IMG/VR virus record: IMGVR_UViG_3300010366_000051
Location: 1-28,006 of that record
Reading direction: 5' to 3' (one strand)
Length of the DNA stretch: 28,006 nucleotides
From: a virus
Taxonomy: Duplodnaviria > Caudoviricetes
Positions 18,072-25,868 of the stretch are shown in pieces (the first letter of the stretch is position 1; every line of letters starts with the position of its first letter). The position numbers and the translations under genes were made by a program. The notes below the pieces were generated by a model. It was given only the letters and a program-made list of their open reading frames with translations. It did not search any database and was not told where the DNA came from.

Positions 18072-18323
18072 TGTGGCCGTTTTTGTGGCCGGATCTTTTC
18101 TCTACACCGGTGTAGGCCGTGAGAAGGAGTGAGAGTGATGCCGCTCGTAAGCTATTGCGAGAGGCCGTCTTAAGGTCATTTTCTATCACTCCTGCTCACT
18201 GCCCGTAATCCCTTGAAAATCCCTCCCGTGGTTCTATCAAGTTCATAAGAAAGGACTGTAAAGCGTTGTCCCCATTAGGCTTGCTGGATCGCCCCCTCCG
18301 GCGTGTGGCCGTTTTTGTGGCCG
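18072..18323. other. attP-like region: AT-rich centre flanked by identical arm-type repeats
   Basis: TGTGGCCGTTTTTGTGGCCG at 18072-18091 and 18304-18323; IHF-like TAATCCCTTGAAA at 18206-18218 and TATCAAGTTCATA at 18235-18247; abuts the integrase 3' end. Confidence 0.8.
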
Positions 18324-19429
18324 TGGCTTTTTTCGGACAGGGGGGCCAAGGCCTCCCGGACGGGCTCCCCGGCCAGCCATTTCGCCACCGCCGCCGCGTT
18401 GCCGTCGACGGCCCGCCGCATCTCGGCGTCCCGCACGTGGCCGTAGCGTTCGAGCATCCGCAGGTTGGTCCAGCCCGCGAGTTTCTGGATCGTGCGGACG
18501 TTCACGCCGTTGTCGAGCATCTGCGTCACGCCGACGTGCCGGTACAGGTGGTGGTGGATGTGCGGGAAGCCGAGCGCGTCGAGCTGGTAGCGGAGCGTGC
18601 CCGACGCACACGGCTGACTGACCCGCCCGATCGTGCCGCGCCGTGGCCCGCGCGTCATGCGCGCCCCGAACAGCCACGGCTGCCCAGGCAGCATCGTCGC
18701 GCGCAACTCCGTGGACAGGGCCGGCGTGATCGCGGCGCGCAACCGCCCGCCGCCCTTGAGTCGCCGCAGCAGATAGTTCGGGCCCAGGTCGTGGAGCGTC
18801 AGCCCGAGCACTTCATCGAGTCGTGCGAGCGTCTCGAGCGTCACGCGACAGAGCCGCGCAAAGAACGGCGGCAGCCGCGTGAGCGTCAGGTGCAGTTCCT
18901 CGTCGCTGAGCAGGACGATCTCCGATTCGGGCAGCTCCCACAGCTCCACCTTCGCGTCCGGCCGCACGTAGCCGGGATACCACGTCGCCGCCTCGCGGAA
19001 CATCCCCTTGACCGCCGCGTACTCGGTCTGCACCGTGCCGCGATCGAGCCCCTGCTTCAACAGTTGGTGGCGAAACCGCTCGAAGACGAACGATTCAATG
19101 CTGACGATCGGCGGATCATCCTTCCCGAACATCAGTGCGACGAAGCGCGCGATGCGGGCCTTGGTGCGATGCGGCGCCGCGTGCGCGCCCTCGGCGAACA
19201 GCCCGTAGCGCAGGGTGAGTTCCGACAGCCGCGCTTTGATCGGGGCGTGCGACTGCACGCCGTGCGTGAGCCCCACGACCGCGTTGTACTTCTTCTGCGC
19301 GACCTGGCGCGCGAGCTGGTAATTCGCCGTGTGGGTCGTCCCGCGATAGCGGCGCCCCTCGTGCTCGAATTTGTAGTGATACTTGCAGGCGCACGTCTCG
19401 GTGCAGGAACAGCGTTTCGCGACGGTCAT
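18275..19429 (-). CDS. int: Tyrosine integrase (alternative GTG start 19465)
   Basis: Catalytic R (TLARLDEVL), K (LKGG), HxxR (HLYRH), W and Y (LAGWTNLRMLERYGH); N-terminal YHYKFEHEGRRYRGTT arm-binding domain. Confidence 0.95.
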   Translation of the reverse strand: MTVAKRCSCTETCACKYHYKFEHEGRRYRGTTHTANYQLARQVAQKKYNAVVGLTHGVQSHAPIKARLSELTLRYGLFAEGAHAAPHRTKARIARFVALMFGKDDPPIVSIESFVFERFRHQLLKQGLDRGTVQTEYAAVKGMFREAATWYPGYVRPDAKVELWELPESEIVLLSDEELHLTLTRLPPFFARLCRVTLETLARLDEVLGLTLHDLGPNYLLRRLKGGGRLRAAITPALSTELRATMLPGQPWLFGARMTRGPRRGTIGRVSQPCASGTLRYQLDALGFPHIHHHLYRHVGVTQMLDNGVNVRTIQKLAGWTNLRMLERYGHVRDAEMRRAVDGNAAAVAKWLAGEPVREALAPLSEKSHGHKNGHTPEGAIQQA

Positions 19430-19520
19430 AGCCGTCGTCTCCGTGGTACACTCGTCATCGCTCACCTCTCCGTTCTGTGATGGCGCGGACGAGGAGCCGG
19501 GCCGACCGGGGAGTGTCGCG

Positions 19521-19787
19521 CTACTTGGTCGGCCGCCCTTTGATGGAATCCGCGCCGGTATCGTCAGATTCTAAAACAGTTTCGCGCTGATCGGACTCGT
19601 TGAGGTCCAGCAGGACGCGGCCGATCGGCGGCGAGGGGGCTCGCGCCCGATCGGTGCGCGGTGATTCGATCGTGTGCACGCCGTCGCACCACTCGCGTCC
19701 GCAGATCCAGCGCACGTAGTACGCGTCGTAGCGCATGAACGCGCCACAGAGCGGACAGTGGGGCTGCACGGCGTTAGCTGCCGTCAC
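19521..19787 (-). CDS. Small zinc-ribbon protein
   Basis: CPLCGAFM...WICGREWCDG. Confidence 0.6.
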   Translation of the reverse strand: MTAANAVQPHCPLCGAFMRYDAYYVRWICGREWCDGVHTIESPRTDRARAPSPPIGRVLLDLNESDQRETVLESDDTGADSIKGRPTK

Positions 19788-19971
19788 GCTTCACCGGTTC
19801 GCCGTCGAGGGCTTCGGCCTCGACGTCATTCAAAAACTTCTGCGTATACTCCGCGATGAGGCGGGCTTTCTCGGGCCGGCGCCGTTTCAAGCGTTCCCAC
19901 CGACGCGGCTGGTCGTCGAGCAGGCCCGCGTCAGCGCGCGGCGCGAACGGGTTGTAGAAAATCTTCGCCAC
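19774..19971 (-). CDS. Hypothetical protein
   Basis: AAGGGGGAG RBS before GTG 19971 (alternative ATG 20001). Confidence 0.5.
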   Translation of the reverse strand: MAKIFYNPFAPRADAGLLDDQPRRWERLKRRRPEKARLIAEYTQKFLNDVEAEALDGEPVKRDGS

Positions 19972-20019
19972 GTGGTGCTCCCCCTTCGACCGTCCTTTCA
20001 TGGCGTAACGTCGCAGCCG

Positions 20020-20565
20020 TCACCCGTGTTTCATTTGCGTCTTTTTCACCGACGCGATCGCGCGCGGCGCGTCCACCTCGGCGAATTGCAACAACTTCCT
20101 GATGACGGCTTCCTCCTGAATCGCCATCACCACCCGCAACAACGCGCGGTGCGCGTCGCTCAGGGAGAGCAGCAGCGGGACGAGCTGGGCGGCCGTCCGG
20201 CGTTGGCTCTCGGCGGCTTCGGTTTCGAGCAGCGTTCGCACCGCGACCTTGACGTCGAGAATCGCGGTGTGGAACATCCGCGCCATCTCGACGTCCTCGT
20301 GGTTGAACTGGCTCAGGTCATGCACGGTCGGTTCGCGCAGCACGCTGAGCGACGTGCCCAACGCCTCCGCGACTTTGACGACGTTGTCGATGCGCACGGC
20401 GCGCCCGGCGCCCTTCTCGATCATCTGCAGCGTGACCAGCGACACGTGCGCCTGGCGCGCCAGCGTGCGTTGATCCAACCGCCGTTCGAGGCGGAGCAAC
20501 CGGAGACGCTCGCCGACGCGCAGGCGTTCGGCGACAGTGATGGTGGGCACGTGTTGTCTCGCCAT
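20020..20565 (-). CDS. XRE-family HTH repressor (CI-like)
   Basis: VGERLRLLRLERRLDQRTLARQAHVSLVTLQMIEKG..VAEALGTS; divergent from Cro-like gene. Confidence 0.88.
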   Translation of the reverse strand: MARQHVPTITVAERLRVGERLRLLRLERRLDQRTLARQAHVSLVTLQMIEKGAGRAVRIDNVVKVAEALGTSLSVLREPTVHDLSQFNHEDVEMARMFHTAILDVKVAVRTLLETEAAESQRRTAAQLVPLLLSLSDAHRALLRVVMAIQEEAVIRKLLQFAEVDAPRAIASVKKTQMKHG

Positions 20566-20701
20566 GGACGTGGGTTCCCCCTGAGTGCTCGCGATGCGGG
20601 AGTCAGTCATCGCGACTCGGACGGACAACAGTAGACGGACGACGCTCGACGACGCGATCTATCTTTCGGCCCTCGCGCACGGGCCACTGTAGATCACCCG
20701 C

Positions 20702-20729
20702 TTGACTCCTCGCAAATCGTCGCTATGAT
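20702..20729 (+). promoter_or_regulatory. Sigma70-type rightward (PR-like) promoter
   Basis: TTGACT-16 nt-TATGAT upstream of the Cro-like gene. Confidence 0.75.
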
Positions 20730-20778
20730 AGGCCGGAACGCTACGTTTTTGACCTCGAACGGCACCTGAACTGTAGTC

Positions 20779-21009
20779 ATGCCCCATCTGGCCCTTCGGA
20801 TTGCTCGGTCCCGCGCGCGACTCACCCAACAACAACTCGCGCGGCGCGCGCGCGTCAATCACGCCACCGTCGCAAAACTCGAAGCGGGCACGCATTCGTA
20901 TCTCCGCGCGCGGTACGACACCGTCATCAATCTCGCGCGCGTCCTCCACCGCCGCCCGGATCGGTTGTTCCCCGTGCCGGCGCTCGGCCCGCTCCCGCCC
21001 GAGGCATGA
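20779..21009 (+). CDS. Cro-like XRE HTH regulator
   Basis: LRIARSRARLTQQQLARRARVNHATVAKLEAG..LARVL..LF. Confidence 0.88.
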   Translation: MPHLALRIARSRARLTQQQLARRARVNHATVAKLEAGTHSYLRARYDTVINLARVLHRRPDRLFPVPALGPLPPEA

Positions 21010-21010
21010 G

Positions 21011-21811
21011 ATGCGCACCGGCGGCTACTACGGCAAAATCGGCGGCACCTACTGGACCGGCCCGATGGGGCGCGCGATCCAGCGCGACGGCGGCCAGGCG
21101 GCCACGCTCCTCGGCGCCTATCTGCTCACCAACGCGCACGCGACCATGATCGGGTTTTACCGGATCGCGATCGACACCATCGCGGAGGAAACGCCGCTCA
21201 CCGTCGCCGACGTCACCGACGGCTTCACGGTCCTCCAGACGCACGGCTTCGCGGGCTACGACGCGACGGCCGAGGTCGTCTGGGTGATCGACATGGCCGC
21301 CGACCGGCTCGGCCTCACGCCGGAGCGGCCCACGCTCGCGCTCGGCGATCGCCGCGTCGTGATGGTGAATCGCCTCTATGGAAATCTTGTGGAAAACCTG
21401 TGGACGGAGGAGTTTTACACAGTTTATGCACAGCCCCTGCACCTCAATCGGTTGCGGTCGTGTACCCACGACCCCCAGCAATTGGGGCTGCCCGCTCTAA
21501 ACAGAAAGATCTTAAACAGAATAAACAGAAAGAGCACCGCCGCTGCGCGGCGGGATGTACGGAAAAGGCAAACGACCAAAGAGCCCGACGAGCCCGTCCC
21601 GAGCTACCACCAGCCGATGTTCGGGAGCTTCGCGCTCTACACGCTGCTCGCGAAAGACGCCATCACCAAAGCGCAGCTGGAAGACGACGACAGCCTCGGT
21701 AACGTCACCGATCACTTCAAACGCCTCTGCACGCTGCGCCGCCTCTCCTACGAAGGCGATCTCACGACGCGCGCGATTGCCGCCGCCCTCGGCGACCGGA
21801 GACGGCGATGA
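21011..21811 (+). CDS. Phage replication initiator (origin-containing)
   Basis: YLLTNAHATMIGFYRI..IAEET..GFAGYD...EVVWVIDMA winged-helix-type N-terminus; position after Cro; internal AT-rich repeats. Confidence 0.75.
   Translation: MRTGGYYGKIGGTYWTGPMGRAIQRDGGQAATLLGAYLLTNAHATMIGFYRIAIDTIAEETPLTVADVTDGFTVLQTHGFAGYDATAEVVWVIDMAADRLGLTPERPTLALGDRRVVMVNRLYGNLVENLWTEEFYTVYAQPLHLNRLRSCTHDPQQLGLPALNRKILNRINRKSTAAARRDVRKRQTTKEPDEPVPSYHQPMFGSFALYTLLAKDAITKAQLEDDDSLGNVTDHFKRLCTLRRLSYEGDLTTRAIAAALGDRRRR
21377..21533. other. Putative replication origin: DnaA-box array plus A-rich iterons
   Basis: TGTGGAAAA 21388, TTTTACACA 21413 and TTATGCACA 21424 match TTWTNCACA; TAAACAGAA at 21498, 21513, 21522. 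Confidence 0.75.
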
Positions 21812-22299
21812 GGGAATGGGGACGCGCCTATCCGAACGAACCGTGCGGCCGCTGCAACGTGCACCAGGCCGCCGGGACCCCCGTGCTCGTCATCCTGCTG
21901 CCGGCGCTCGGTCCCAGCGCGCGGCGGCGGATTCGCTGTGGCGCGTGCGTCGGCGAACCGCCGAACGTCGCGGAGTTGATGGCCCACGACGGCCGCCGGG
22001 ATGACGATCCCGAACGGCGCACGCGGCTCACGGCGAATCAGGACGCGCTCGCGCGGGCGATCGCCGACACGCCGCCCGTCCACGACGGCAAACGCCTCGC
22101 CGCCGGCGACGACTTGCCGGAACGGCTCATAGGAGGCCTCGATGCCCCGCTCGAAGAAACCCAAACCCGCGCCGCTCCCGAAACGGGCGCGCGATCAAAG
22201 TCTGCCCGGGCTCGAAGACCGCGTGGTCGCCCCGCTCGAGACGCTCCTGGCCGACGTCGCCGACGCCCGCGAGCAGCGCGCCACGCTCCTGCGGCGTGA
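21808..22299 (+). CDS. Hypothetical Zn-binding protein (CxxC...CxxC); C-terminus overlaps next gene
   Basis: ATGA overlap; CGRC, CGAC. Confidence 0.55.
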   Translation: MREWGRAYPNEPCGRCNVHQAAGTPVLVILLPALGPSARRRIRCGACVGEPPNVAELMAHDGRRDDDPERRTRLTANQDALARAIADTPPVHDGKRLAAGDDLPERLIGGLDAPLEETQTRAAPETGARSKSARARRPRGRPARDAPGRRRRRPRAARHAPAA

Positions 22300-22471
22300 A
22301 GACCAACTCCTGCAGCAGACGCTCGTGCTGATGGACAAGCTCGGGAAACAACGCTACGCGCACGACGGCGTCGAGGTGCGCGTCGTGCCCGGCGAGAAAC
22401 TGGTGCGCATCCGGTTCCACAAGCCGCGGCCGCGCAAGGGCAAGCGGCATCTCGACCAGGCGGTCGACTAG
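22142..22471 (+). CDS. Hypothetical basic protein
   Basis: AGGAGG RBS; coiled coil then beta hairpin. Confidence 0.7.
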   Translation: MPRSKKPKPAPLPKRARDQSLPGLEDRVVAPLETLLADVADAREQRATLLRREDQLLQQTLVLMDKLGKQRYAHDGVEVRVVPGEKLVRIRFHKPRPRKGKRHLDQAVD

Positions 22472-22479
22472 GAGGCCCC

Positions 22480-22704
22480 ATGTCGAAAGCGATGGCGAAG
22501 TTCACCACCGTCCCGCCGCCGCCCAAAGGCCTGCTGACCGTGCGTCAGGCGGCGGCGTATCTCAACGTCGCCGAGGGCACGCTCCGCAACTGGATGTCGG
22601 TGCATCGGATCGCCTACGTGAAGATCGGCAGCCGCTCGCACTTCCGCCAGATCGATCTCGACGCCTTCATCGACGCGCATCTGGTGCGCGCCGTCTCGGA
22701 GTAA
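22480..22704 (+). CDS. HTH_17/excisionase-like DNA-binding protein
   Basis: LLTVRQAAAYLNVAEGTLRNW..IAYVKIG..F...DLDAFI; AGGAGG RBS. Confidence 0.9.
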   Translation: MSKAMAKFTTVPPPPKGLLTVRQAAAYLNVAEGTLRNWMSVHRIAYVKIGSRSHFRQIDLDAFIDAHLVRAVSE

Positions 22705-22708
22705 CGCG

Positions 22709-22873
22709 ATGGATCAGCCGATCCCCGACCTCGCCGCGCTCGCGACCTCGATCGGCCAGCTGCGCGACTGGTTCTTCCAGGCCGAGCCCGAGGTGATCGT
22801 CGCGGCGCTCGTCGACGACCCCACGCTCCTCGACTCGCTGCGCATCGCGCTCTTGCTCGACTGCGATGCGTAA
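22709..22873 (+). CDS. Hypothetical protein (54 aa, not in ORF track)
   Basis: MDQPIPDLAALATSIGQLRDWFFQAEPEV...DCDA*; fills the gap exactly; GGAG upstream. Confidence 0.6.
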   Translation: MDQPIPDLAALATSIGQLRDWFFQAEPEVIVAALVDDPTLLDSLRIALLLDCDA

Positions 22874-23846
22874 CCCCACCACGGCGATCGCGCGCCTGCC
22901 GCTCTCGTATCAACGCGCGTGCGCCGCGCTCGCGCGCTGCGACCACGTCGACGAATGCAAACGGTGGGGGGACCAGGCGGCGGCGCTCGCCAGTTACGCC
23001 CGCCAGGCCAAGGACGACGCCCTGGAAACGCTCGCGCGGCGGATTCGCGCGCGGGCGCTGCGGCGCGCCGGCGAGCTGCTGCAGCAGTTCAACAAAGGCG
23101 ACGGACGGCCGCGCAAAAACGCCTCCGGTGCCGAAGGTGTTTCGCAACGTCGGGCGGCGGCCCTGGCCGGGTTCTCGGAACGACAGGAGTTGACGGCCAT
23201 TCGTCTCGCGAACATGCCCGCGCAGGCCTTCGAGGCAGCCGTCGAGCGCGACCGCCCGGCGACGATCACCGAACTCGCGCGCCCGCGATTGGCGGTGCAC
23301 TTCTCGTCGGCAACCGGCGAACACTACACGCCGCCCGAGTTCCTGGCGCACGTCCAGGCGGTCTTCGGCGACGTGCCCGATCTCGATCCGTGCAGCAACG
23401 ACAAACAGCGCCCCAACGTGCCGGCGCGCGCCCACTACACGGCGGCCGACGATGGCCTGCAGCAGCCGTGGTTCGGGCGCGTCTTCCTCAACCCCCCGTA
23501 CGGCGACGGGATCGATCGCTGGATCGCGAAGCTGCGCGCCGAGTGGCGGCGGGGCGACGTCTCCGAACTGATCGCGCTCCTGCCGGCGCGCACCGACACG
23601 CAGTGGTTCGACACGCTGACGAGTGACGTCGACGACTTCGCCGTCTGTTTCCTGCAGGGGCGGCTCACGTTTGTCGGGCAGCGCGACCCCGCGCCGTTTC
23701 CGTCGATGGCGGTCTACTTCGGGCCGCATCTGCTGACGTTCATGGAGGTCTTTCGCCCACGCGGATCGCTCTGGGCGCGGCCGCCGCTCGATTACTTCGT
23801 CAACCAGGACGACGCCGATCCGCAGGCTGAGCGGGAGGATCGATGA
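22866..23846 (+). CDS. Phage DNA N6-adenine methyltransferase (phage Dam family) with N-terminal helical extension
   Basis: EHYTPP, DLDPCS, DGLQQPW..VFLNPPYG, LLPARTDTQWF, GRLTF, APFPS. Confidence 0.92.
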   Translation: MRNPTTAIARLPLSYQRACAALARCDHVDECKRWGDQAAALASYARQAKDDALETLARRIRARALRRAGELLQQFNKGDGRPRKNASGAEGVSQRRAAALAGFSERQELTAIRLANMPAQAFEAAVERDRPATITELARPRLAVHFSSATGEHYTPPEFLAHVQAVFGDVPDLDPCSNDKQRPNVPARAHYTAADDGLQQPWFGRVFLNPPYGDGIDRWIAKLRAEWRRGDVSELIALLPARTDTQWFDTLTSDVDDFAVCFLQGRLTFVGQRDPAPFPSMAVYFGPHLLTFMEVFRPRGSLWARPPLDYFVNQDDADPQAEREDR

Positions 23847-23898
23847 CCGGGAGCCGACCCCAACATCTAGGGGGTGCGATGGGCGAAAGGAGTACGGA

Positions 23899-23926
23899 AA
23901 GTCTGATAACGGAAATTATGTTAACC
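23899..23926 (+). other. XerCD dif-like recombination site
   Basis: AAGTCTGATAA-CGGAAA-TTATGTTAACC, 11-6-11 layout; intergenic AT-rich island. Confidence 0.8.
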
Positions 23927-23937
23927 GGAGGTTGACC

Positions 23938-24174
23938 GTGAAAGTGACGTTGGAGAGCACGACCACGATCGTCGACATCACCCTCAACGGCGCCACGCTC
24001 CCGGCGCGCGTCTGGGAAGGCACCACGGCGAACGGCGTCCGCTGTTACGCGCTGATCACGCGCATCGCCGTGCACAAGGACGACGACGCCGCCGAGTTTC
24101 AGCGCGATCTGGAATCGCACCGCGCGCCCAGCCCCGCCGTGCCGCAGGTCTTTCCTGCGCGGTTGGTGCTCTGA
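23938..24174 (+). CDS. Hypothetical phage protein
   Basis: GGAGG RBS then GTG; TGATG overlap. Confidence 0.75.
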   Translation: MKVTLESTTTIVDITLNGATLPARVWEGTTANGVRCYALITRIAVHKDDDAAEFQRDLESHRAPSPAVPQVFPARLVL

Positions 24175-24671
24175 TGGCGTACGCCACCAACACCGTCGTG
24201 CCCGTCGAGAAGAGTCGCGCGGAGATCGAGCGGCTCCTGATGCAGCACAAGTGCACGAAGTTCCTCGCCGGCGTCGACCGGGAGACGCACCGCGCGGCCG
24301 TGCAGTTTCACGCGCACGACCGCGTGGTCAAGTTCGAGATCACGTTGCCGGACCCCACGGACCCGAAGTACCGCAAGATCAAGAACAGCTACCTGCAGCG
24401 CACGCAGGCGGGCGTCGACAAGCTGGTCGAACAGGAGGAGCGGACGCGCTGGCGGGCGCTGCTGCTCGTCATCAAGGCCAAGCTCGAAGCGATCGAGAGC
24501 GGCATCGCGACGTTCGAGGACGAGTTCCTCGCGCACGTCGTGCTGCCGAACGACCAGACCGTCGCGCAATACGTCGGCCCACTGGTCGCGCAGATTTACA
24601 AGACCGGCACGATGCCGCCGGCGCGCCAGCTCGCGGCGGGCGACGTCATCGACGTGGACCGATCGCGATGA
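24174..24671 (+). CDS. Phage hypothetical protein
   Basis: SRAEIERLL, RWRALLLVIKAKLEAIESGI.TFEDEFL; coupled at both ends. Confidence 0.8.
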   Translation: MAYATNTVVPVEKSRAEIERLLMQHKCTKFLAGVDRETHRAAVQFHAHDRVVKFEITLPDPTDPKYRKIKNSYLQRTQAGVDKLVEQEERTRWRALLLVIKAKLEAIESGIATFEDEFLAHVVLPNDQTVAQYVGPLVAQIYKTGTMPPARQLAAGDVIDVDRSR

Positions 24672-24880
24672 CGCCGGACCAGCGCGCGGCGCAGCGGGAT
24701 CGGTCCCGCGCCTTCTGGGAGCAGCGGCGCGCGCGCGGCCTCTGCTGCGCGCCCCACTGTCGGAACACCCCGGCGACGAACCCGAAGACCGGTCTGCCGT
24801 ACTGGCGCTGCGTCGCGCACCGCGGCGGCGCGCACGGCCACGGCCGCAAGGAGGTCCCATGCAACCGAGTTGGCGGCTGA
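24668..24880 (+). CDS. Small basic Cys/His protein
   Basis: ATGA overlap; RRARGLCC..HC...RC..H. Confidence 0.55.
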   Translation: MTPDQRAAQRDRSRAFWEQRRARGLCCAPHCRNTPATNPKTGLPYWRCVAHRGGAHGHGRKEVPCNRVGG

Positions 24881-24999
24881 TCCTCGTGACGCTGGCGTTC
24901 GTGTTGTTTCTCGTCGCCGCCTATTTGTCGTCGACGCTCCCAGAGCGGCTGACGCGCGCGGCGTTCGCGCTCGTCGTCCTCGCGTGGATGCTGCCGTGA
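24859..24999 (+). CDS. Small two-TM membrane protein (46 aa, not in ORF track)
   Basis: AAGGAGG RBS; MQPSWRLILVTLAFVLFLVAAYLSSTLPERLTRAAFALVVLAWMLP*. Confidence 0.7.
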   Translation: MQPSWRLILVTLAFVLFLVAAYLSSTLPERLTRAAFALVVLAWMLP

Positions 25000-25334
25000 C
25001 GCGTCCGCGCTGGGCCGCACAGCTGTCGACGGCCAGCTTGGACCAGTTGCTGCGCGCGGCGCTGAACAAGATCACGACCGCCACGACGGAGGTGCAGAAA
25101 GACATCTGGTGTCAGGTGCTGTTCACCCCCGTCCTGCTCGAATTGAAGATCCGGCGCGCGCGCGGGGAGGCGGACGCCGATCACGTGCTCGACGAATTCG
25201 AACGCTGGTTTCGCACCGTGCCCGAGACCCCCCACCGGCTGGTTGCAGTGAAGGAGGACCGATGGACGACCGACCGATTTGGAACGACGCGGGCCACGTC
25301 TGGGCGGACGGCGCGCCGGGTGGCGTGCTGCTGA
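24996..25334 (+). CDS. Hypothetical protein
   Basis: GTGA overlap with previous gene; helical sequence. Confidence 0.55.
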   Translation: MTRPRWAAQLSTASLDQLLRAALNKITTATTEVQKDIWCQVLFTPVLLELKIRRARGEADADHVLDEFERWFRTVPETPHRLVAVKEDRWTTDRFGTTRATSGRTARRVACC

Positions 25335-25642
25335 TTCACGGGCGCCGTCACCGGAGCGGCGCCGCCGTCGTCTACGTCGACCACCGGCGGCTGTCGCCGA
25401 AGGCCTCGCTCCGCGTGCGGCGCCACTCGCCCACGGGATTCGAGTGGGGCTACGCCGGGTCGGGCCCCGCGCAGCTCGCGCTCGGGCTGCTGCTGCGCGG
25501 CGGCGTCCCCGCGCGCCAGGCGGTGCGGCTCCACCAACGCTTCAAGGCCGAATTCGTGCAGCACTTCCCGCCCGAGGGGTTTCTGGTCGAACTGAACATC
25601 CGCGCGTGGGCGGCCCGCCAGCTGGCCCCACGCCCGTCTTGA
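25262..25642 (+). CDS. DUF6166-like protein
   Basis: AAGGAGGA RBS; HSPTGFEWGYAGSGPAQLAL signature. Confidence 0.75.
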   Translation: MDDRPIWNDAGHVWADGAPGGVLLIHGRRHRSGAAVVYVDHRRLSPKASLRVRRHSPTGFEWGYAGSGPAQLALGLLLRGGVPARQAVRLHQRFKAEFVQHFPPEGFLVELNIRAWAARQLAPRPS

Positions 25643-25643
25643 C

Positions 25644-25868
25644 ATGGGCGTCCATCCCAACGTCAGCGCGACGGCGTGGCCGACCCAGGGCGGCTTTCTC
25701 GGCAAGCGCGTGCGCGTGTGTTTCCACTACGACGTGCAGCACGTGGTGCTGGGGACGGTCGTCCGCGACGATGTCGAGGAGCCGTTTGTCACGATCATCA
25801 GCCTCGACACGGGCAGAGTCGTCCTGGCGACCGAATGCCAGTATTCGGAGCTGGAGGCAGACGCATGA
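25644..25868 (+). CDS. Small beta-rich hypothetical protein
   Basis: GKRVRVCFHYD..GTVVRDD.EEP..VLATECQY; tight operon. Confidence 0.75.
   Translation: MGVHPNVSATAWPTQGGFLGKRVRVCFHYDVQHVVLGTVVRDDVEEPFVTIISLDTGRVVLATECQYSELEADA

Noticed and set aside
17887-18189. Extension of ORF 17683 sharing GHKNGH with the integrase C-terminus
   Set aside because: The shared peptide is just the translated arm-type DNA repeat; region is better explained as attP/non-coding
18253-18262. GGACTGTAAA resembling a tRNA-Tyr anticodon arm as att core
   Set aside because: No 3' stem, T-arm or CCA end follows; too short to support
18275-18300. ssrA-like degradation tag at the integrase C-terminus (AIQQA)
   Set aside because: Does not match the terminal Ala-Ala pattern well enough
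18266-20634. Plus-strand ORFs of 404 aa and 299 aa
   Set aside because: Antisense to integrase and repressor, which carry clear motifs
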